DNA from: the human T2T-CHM13v2.0 reference genome, Homo sapiens
Assembly (NCBI RefSeq): GCF_009914755.1
Contig: NC_060930.1
DNA: 64,000 nucleotides
Direction: 5' to 3' (one strand)
Shown: piece by piece, positions 53,963 through 64,000 of the stretch
Position numbering within the stretch: the stretch's first letter is position 1
How the letters are laid out: every line of letters begins with the position of its first letter
Made by a program: the position numbers and the translations under genes
The notes under the pieces: generated by a model
Told to the model about the DNA's origin: nothing
Databases searched by the model: none
The model's input: the letters and a program-made list of their open reading frames with translations, nothing else

Positions 53963-56661
53963 TCACCTCCTACCTTCCTATACCAGGCCTCAGAAGGCAG
54001 CAGGCTATGATAATAAATTTGATTTTATATGGCTTTGAACCCAGGATTTTATTTTATAACATATACACTTACTGTTATTCCTGGTCTTCAAGAGTTCTTG
54101 TCATCCTCAAAAAGACAAAAAAGGTACCAAAACAAAAAATTAACTACAGTATTTTATAGATGTGAGAGAAGTGGGCAGAAATAATACGGCTTTAGGCTAA
54201 AAAAGGAAATGAGGTTATTTCTTGGGGGAGCCAATATTGGCGATTTCTGAGGGAGCGATCCTTACGTGAATATAAAAAATTGTGACAGCCACCATTCCTC
54301 CTGCTAACTGATCTAAATCCATCCCCTTGGGAAACGCCCCTGAGGTATCTATCAGGTGTAGTTCAGCCAGAGGGAGTAAACCCACCGGGCCCTCGTCCTT
54401 TCCTAGCACCACCATTTAAAGGGATGTTTGAGGGGTAGGGCAGCGGAGCATTCCAGACACGGAGTTAAACCCGCCCCACCCCGCTGGCCCACGTCCAGCC
54501 CGATCAAGAATTGGAGGAGAGAGGAGCAGGGCGTGGTGGCGCGGGCCTGGAGTCCCAGCTACCCGGGAGGCTGGGGCGGGAGGATCGCTTGAGGCTGCAG
54601 TGAGCCGTGATTGCGCCACTGCACTCCAGTCTGGGCGACAAAGCGAGACCCTGCCTCAAAAAAAAGTGAAAAAAAAAAAAAATTAGAAGGGAGGGCACCA
54701 GAGGAGGGCTGGAGCAGGTTCACAGGCTGGGACTACGGAGGAGCCCAGCAACCGAGAATCACTCCTGAGGGTCTAATTTTCTTACTCTCCTGATGCCTCA
54801 CGGGGCGAGGGACTAGAACGGGGCGCTGAGCTGGCTGTAGGCAAAAGCCAACCGACTCCATCCCCTACTCTCCCATCAGTCGCGCGTCCCCGCGCAGACG
54901 GGTGCGCGCTGGCCGTGGGCGGTGGGGACCTTCTCTTCTCGCCTCTGGCCACCCAATGCATCTGATTTAGTTGTATGAAAGTTACAAAATTCTCCAATAT
55001 TTTCGTCTTGTAAATCACCTAGTATGAGAGAAACTCGAAAGGTCCTTTCTTTCCTCCTTTAATCCCTTTTTGGAAAAAAAAAAACATCAGAAAACGCAGG
55101 AGTCGGATAGGCAGCCCCGAAGCCAGCCCCGCCCTCAGGCCCCAGCGGCCCCGCCTTTTCTCCCCCCGCCCCCCCCCCCCCGCACTCCCCACCTTTCCTC
55201 CCCTTTGGCTGAGGCTTTTTCCCCCGTCGCTGGCTCTGCCCGAAGTTTCTAGAGTTTTCTGACCTTCAAGGCGAGAACTGCTGTGTCATTCTTAGGGACA
55301 CTCCCCAACAAACTGCGCCACCCGAGTCTCTCCCTCCTCTCGCCAGCCGGCCCTAAAACATCAAGGTTAGTCAGGACTCTATATTTAACGTCCGGAAGAT
55401 TCTGTGAACTATATGCCAACCTTGCCCTAGTAACGGGGCTCCCCCCTCCTTTCCCCTCTTTCTGCTTGAGCAATCTGTTCTATCGGAAAGGAGAGGCAGG
55501 GCTGGGAGAGCTGGAAGGTGGGGAAGGCAAGAGCTTGTAGGGGCCATGGTCTTGAGTCCGAAGAGCAGAGCAGCAGCCAGGACGGGAGTCCCTGGCTGAT
55601 CACATACCCGTGGTGCCCTTAATGCTCGCAGAGGCCAACACTGTATTCATTTGTTTTCCTCTTTAGAGAATAAAACAATTAGGTCTAACCACAAAATTAA
55701 AAGCAAACAAAACCCAGTTAGGTTGATGAGCCAATGTGGGAAGGAGTACAAAATGAGTGTCAGAACCCGTGGGTCCAATCACCGGTTCTGTAACCTGTCA
55801 TCTGGGTAACCAGATCAAGCCACTGAACTTCTTTGATCCTTGGTGCTGTCTTTGAAAATGAAAAGGTTTGACTGAATGGCCTGTGCCCGCAGATCTTAGG
55901 ACAGTTTTTACATTAAGCTGAAAGCAGCTGTAGTCCTAATAATGGTCCCCAACTTTTAAACACCTAAATAAGAATGACTACGAGTCATATCCGAGAGTAT
56001 GGGATCCCCAATAAAAGGAGGGAGAAGATCATATTCTCTTTGATCATGTAGGGAAAAAAAATTTTTTTATTCGAGACAGGATCTCTGTCTCCCAGGCTGG
56101 AATGCAGTGGCGTGATCATAGCTCACTGCAGCCTTGACCTCTTGTGCTCAAGCGATCCTCCTGCCTCAGCCTCCCAAGTAGCTGGGACTACAGGCACCTG
56201 CCACCACGCCCAGCTAACTTGTAAAGTTTTTAGTAGAGATGGTGTCCCACTATGTTGCCCAGGCTGATCTTGGACTTCTGAGTTCAAGTGCCTGCCTTGG
56301 CTTCCTAAAGCACTGGGATTACCGACCTGAGTCACCACACGCAGTTCAGTTATTGTTAATTATGTTTTAGAGATGAACACGTCGAAACTTGTGTTATTTA
56401 GTCAATGTACAAGTACTTCCTTGTTGAAAAGAAAAACAGCCTCACCAAAGAAGTAGAGCGCAGATGCAAATCCAGGATTTTCCCTTCCCAGATTTTTTCT
56501 TTCCATGCTGCTAGAAATGGCCAGGGTTCTCTTTGTCATTGAAGCATTTGTCATTCATTCAGTTAAGAATGCCTGCCTCTAGATTTCATATCAATTAACT
56601 CTTTTGCTTTCATTTAAGTTCATTTGGATAAACTTAAAATTATAACAGCTTTTTTTTTTAA

Positions 56662-56784
<123 letters not shown>

Positions 56785-57399
56785 TAGCTGGGATTACAGA
56801 TGTGCACCACCACGTCCGGCTAATTTTTGTGTTTTTAGGAGAGAAGGGGTTTTGCCATGTTTGCCGGGCTGGTCTTGAACTCCTGATCTCAGGTGATCCA
56901 CCCATCTCGGCCTCCCAAAGTGCTGGGATTACATGCATGAGCCATCGCGCCCGGCCTATACCATCTTTTAAAATGAACAAAATTAAGAAAACTACTGTTT
57001 GAGGAACTATAAAAAGGAGAGGGAGAAGGAAGGAAAAGACCCTGCAGCGTCAGCCTGAAGAAGGCTGTCTTACCCCACACTGCTGTAGCAATTATGTTCT
57101 TGGCACTCCCTCTTCAGTTCTCTTGTCCCTTTGAAAGCATCTAACCTGGCTTTCACTTTGGGGACTCTGAGCTCTGATCCTTCCAAACACAGAATCCAAT
57201 AAAAACCTAATTCTGAAATTAATCACATTAAAGTTCTGAAAAATCTCCTGGGGTTCTTATATATTCACCTTAGACAGCAATTAAACTTGTGACTGGATTT
57301 CTGCCTTGGGAAGCATCCAGTCTGAAAGGAAAGAAAAGGCCGGCGTGGTGCTTCATGCCTGTAATTCCAGCACTTTGGGCGGCCCAGACGGGCGGATCA

Positions 57400-57729
<330 letters not shown>

Positions 57730-57990
57730 TTAAAAGCTAGGTCAACTATAGCACTGTAGACTCTGACTAGTGTGACTGATTGAAGAAAAACAGCATTTAT
57801 ATTGGATTTTTCTGCTATCCAGAGAGCACCCAAGATTTGGGGTCCCAACACCACATCTACTTGCTAGGCAGTTGAGACAGTGATGCCCTTTGCTTCATGC
57901 CAATAGAGAGGTTTTTTCTCCCCCTCTCCCACCCCCCACTCCCCACTTTTTATGTTTCTCAGCAGAATCAGAGAAGTATTTTATTTTTGA

Positions 57991-58224
<234 letters not shown>

Positions 58225-59472
58225 TGATCTGCTGCTTCGGCCTCCCAAAGTGCTGGGATTACAGGTGTGAGCCACTGTGCTGGCCTTTTAAATTGTGGAT
58301 TTGGAAGGAGGGAAGGAATGAATCCAGACCTGCCAGTAGTAGCAGTTGATGGTGAGGAAGTTTCCAGAGGGAGGGGTGAGGTTAAGGGTCTCTGGAAGTG
58401 TTGATACACTGTGCAGCTAAGATGAACATAGTTTGGGAGAATCTCCAGCCAGACATTTCATAGAGAAATGTTTGGGAAAATTCCTGAAGTTTGACCGGTT
58501 TGACTAGTTTAGAGAGGTGATTCATTAGGGAGCTAAAGCTGAATGTGAAAGTTATCACCTACCTGCACATACAGACACACACATATTGTTAAAGCAATTT
58601 ATTTGCAACATGAGTTTAGATCAGTGAATTATAAACAAATGAATACCCTTAAATTCCAGGAAGAGGTGTTTTGATAGTGGACAGGTGTGTGTGTGCAGGT
58701 GTGCATATGAAAAGTGCCAATTGAGCAAAGTGTTTAAAAACAGGATTATTCCTTCATCAGTAACTTCTTCCTTTCATTTGTGCTCAAGGAATATCGCCAT
58801 GGCAATGAGGCTATTTTTTTTTTCTTTTCTTTTTTTTTTTTGTGGTAGGTTGTAAACACAGTACTATTGCTTCAACCCCCTCACATTTTCCTTTCAGACG
58901 CCTAACAAAGGGTCTTGCATTCACACTAAGAATGAAGGAAAAAAACAAAGGGAAAGTAAATTACTAAATGCAACCGTATTTAAAACAGGAGGAAGGAGAA
59001 TCCGCAGGAAGTTGGAATCTAGGATAAAAACTTAGACACATTCAGCCTGGCCAACATGGCGAAACCCTGTCTCTATTAAAAATACAAAAATTAGCCCGGC
59101 GTGGTGGCACATCCTGTAATTCCAGCTATTGGGGAGGCTGAGGCAGCAGAATTGTTTGAACCCCAGGGGCAGAGGTTGCAATGAGCAGAGATCTCACCAC
59201 TGCACTCCAGCCTGGGCGACAGAGTGAGACTCAGTCTCAAAACAAACAAACAAAAACAACAGGCCGGGAATGGTGGCTCACGCCTGTAATCCCAGCACTT
59301 TGGGAGCCCGAGGTGGGCGGATCACGAGGTCAGGAGTTCGAGACCAGCCTGACCAACATGGGCGGATCACGAGGTCAGGAGTTCGAGACCAGCCTGACCA
59401 ACATGGGGAAACCCTGTCTCTACTAAAAATACAAAAATTAGCCAGGCGTGGTGGCGCACGCCTGTAATCCTA

Positions 59473-59634
<162 letters not shown>

Positions 59635-60593
59635 CTAGTAACTAGAACCTGGGTCCCAACCCCTCCTGCTTTCCAGCATCACTCCACACAGTTTGCTTAA
59701 AGAGGGCCACCTGCCAAACAGCTGTAGTATGTGATGTTAAAGAGAGCTAAACACCCCCCGCACCTCCCTCCCAGGGTCACCATCTTGTTAAATTTGACCT
59801 AAAAACGGTAACAGCCTAGGGGTTTCAGGGACAGACAGAAAATCTTACTCGGGACTGTGAGGTCCTACTTCTACACACCGTCCAGGAGTGAACCAGGAAT
59901 TGAGAAAGTAGGAAGGAGGTGTCCCAGACCCCAAGCTAGGAATGGGGAGGGAAATGGAGGAATCCCAAATGCCTTAAGGACGGCCTACATACTAAGGAAA
60001 ATTTTTTTCTAACTCCTGGTTGCAGCTGAGGGGAGCGGCTGAGGGCGGGGACAGGGGTGCGGCGGACCCACTGCTCCCATTACCCGACCAGCGCCTCCCT
60101 TCCTCCTTGGATGGGTGCCCCTGTCTTGCTAAGAACTGCCTGTTTACACAACTGCTTTCCTTGTGAAAATTTAAAGGCTCCTATTCCCAGTTGTTCTATC
60201 CTTGTAGGTTAAAGATTATGTCAAAAACTATATTGCATTATCTCTTTCCTTCTCCTTCCCATTAAGACGGAAAAAACATCCGGGAGAGCCGGTCCGTTTC
60301 TCAGGCAGACTAGGCCATTAGGTGCCTCGGAGAAAGGACCCAAGGCTGCTCCGTCCTTCACAGACACAGTCCAATCAGAGTTTCCCAGGCACATCGATGC
60401 ACCGCCTCCTTCGAGAAACAAGGTAACTTTCGGGTTCTGGTTGTCTCCAAAGTCATCCGACCAATCTCGCACCGCCCAGAGCGGGCCCTTCCTGTCAATT
60501 ACCTACTGAAGGGCAGGCGGCCAGCATCGCCATGGAGACCAACACCCTTCCCACCACCACTCCCCCTTTCTCTCAGGGCCCCTGTCCCCTCCA

Positions 60594-60779
60594 GTGAATC
60601 CCAGAAGACTCTGGAGAGTTCTGAGCAGAGGGCGGCACCCTGCCCTCTGATTGGTCCAAGGAAGGCTGGGGGGCAGGACGGGAGGCGAAACCCCTGGAAT
60701 ATTCCCGACCTGGCAGCCTCATCGAGCTTGGTGATTGGCTCAGAAGGGGAAAGGCGGGTCTCCACGACGACTTATAAAA
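60594..60779 (+). promoter_or_regulatory. HSPA1B heat-shock promoter
   Basis: Paralogous copy of the HSPA1A promoter: HSE CTGGAATATTCCCG 60694-60707, ATTGG 60734, TATAAAA 60773-60779. Confidence 0.92.
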
Positions 60780-61014
60780 GCCGAGGGGCGCGCGGTCCGG
60801 AAAACGGCCAGCCTGAGGAGCTGCTGCGAGGGTCCGCTTCGTCTTTCGAGAGTGACTCCCGCGGTCCCAAGGCTTTCCAGAGCGAACCTGTGCGGCTGCA
60901 GGCACCGGCGTGTTGAGTTTCCGGCGTTCCGAAGGACTGAGCTCTTGTCGCGGATCCCGTCCGCCGTTTCCAGCCCCCAGTCTCAGAGCGGAGCCCACAG
61001 AGCAGGGCACCGGC

Positions 61015-62940
<1,926 letters not shown>

Positions 62941-63299
62941 GGGCCTTTGTTCTTTAGTATGTTTGTCTTTGAGGTGGACTGTTGGGACTCAAGGACTTTG
63001 CTGCTGTTTTCCTATGTCATTTCTGCTTCAGCTCTTTGCTGCTTCACTTCTTTGTAAAGTTGTAACCTGATGGTAATTAGCTGGCTTCATTATTTTTGTA
63101 GTACAACCGATATGTTCATTAGAATTCTTTGCATTTAATGTTGATACTGTAAGGGTGTTTCGTTCCCTTTAAATGAATCAACACTGCCACCTTCTGTACG
63201 AGTTTGTTTGTTTTTTTTTTTTTTTTTTTTTTTGCTTGGCGAAAACACTACAAAGGCTGGGAATGTATGTTTTTATAATTTGTTTATTTAAATATGAAA

Positions 63300-63305
63300 A
63301 ATAAA
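63300..63305 (+). terminator. HSPA1B polyadenylation signal AATAAA
   Basis: AATAAA about 360 nt after TAG, followed by a U/GU-rich tract. Confidence 0.85.
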
Positions 63306-63677
63306 ATGTTAAACTTTTTCTTGTCTGTTAATATGTGAAGATAATGGATATTTGCGGAGGGATAGTGTCTGAATACCATCTATCTTTATAGTCTGAAAAG
63401 AACAGTACTGCTGAAGAGTTATACGTGTAGGAGTTAGAGCTACACATATTTTTGTTTGGGCTTAATTGTGGGCCTTAAGAGAAATTGCAGGTGCCCGTCT
63501 TGATTAGAGTGGGGCTTGTTTCAGGGAAAAGTCGGATGGCAGCTGCAAAACGGTATTGGAGGGGTGGTTGAGGTGGGTTCACTGGGGCGGGGAGGGGAGG
63601 GGTGGTGCTGAGATGGGATTATGGTGGTTTTCTCTCCCTCTTCTACTTAGTGAGCGGAGTCCACAAAAAAATGCTGA

Positions 63678-63815
<138 letters not shown>

Positions 63816-64000
63816 TAACTGGGACTACAGGCGCCTGCCACCACGCCTGGCTAATTTTTTGTATTTTTGGTAGAGACAGGGTTTTACCGTGTTAGCCAGG
63901 ATGGTCTCAATCTCCTGACCTCGGCTCATATTCATTTATATGTGGAATCTAAACAGTAGAACTCAGAAGCAGAGAAGTGGTGGTCACCAAGGGCTGTGGG

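Overview
Human (primate) genomic DNA from the MHC class III region (6p21.3), very Alu-rich. On the minus strand it holds the 5' two-thirds of VWA7 (G7c, which runs off the left edge), the complete valyl-tRNA synthetase gene VARS1 (29 coding exons that I could join into 1264 aa), LSM2 (95 aa) and HSPA1L (Hsp70-Hom). On the plus strand are the intronless heat-inducible twins HSPA1A and HSPA1B, which encode identical 641-aa proteins. All of these are well-known genes, and I found no wholly new multi-gene system. The most interesting unexplained signal is that the nominally non-coding HSPA1L exon 1 carries an AUG that splices exactly in frame into Hsp70-Hom. That predicts a 64-aa N-terminal extension with an NLS-like KLKRRRR, gated by an overlapping uORF and an alternative donor. 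Other notable items: a probable Zn-phospholipase C/Het-C-like metal site in VWA7, a GC-AG intron and a two-base P51S codon in VARS1, a Y3-RNA/Alu composite retrocopy, mosaic gene-conversion tracts in HSPA1L, and an orphan heat-shock element in a CpG-rich patch between HSPA1A and HSPA1B. Most short ORFs in the supplied track are Alu-derived or codon-bias artefacts.
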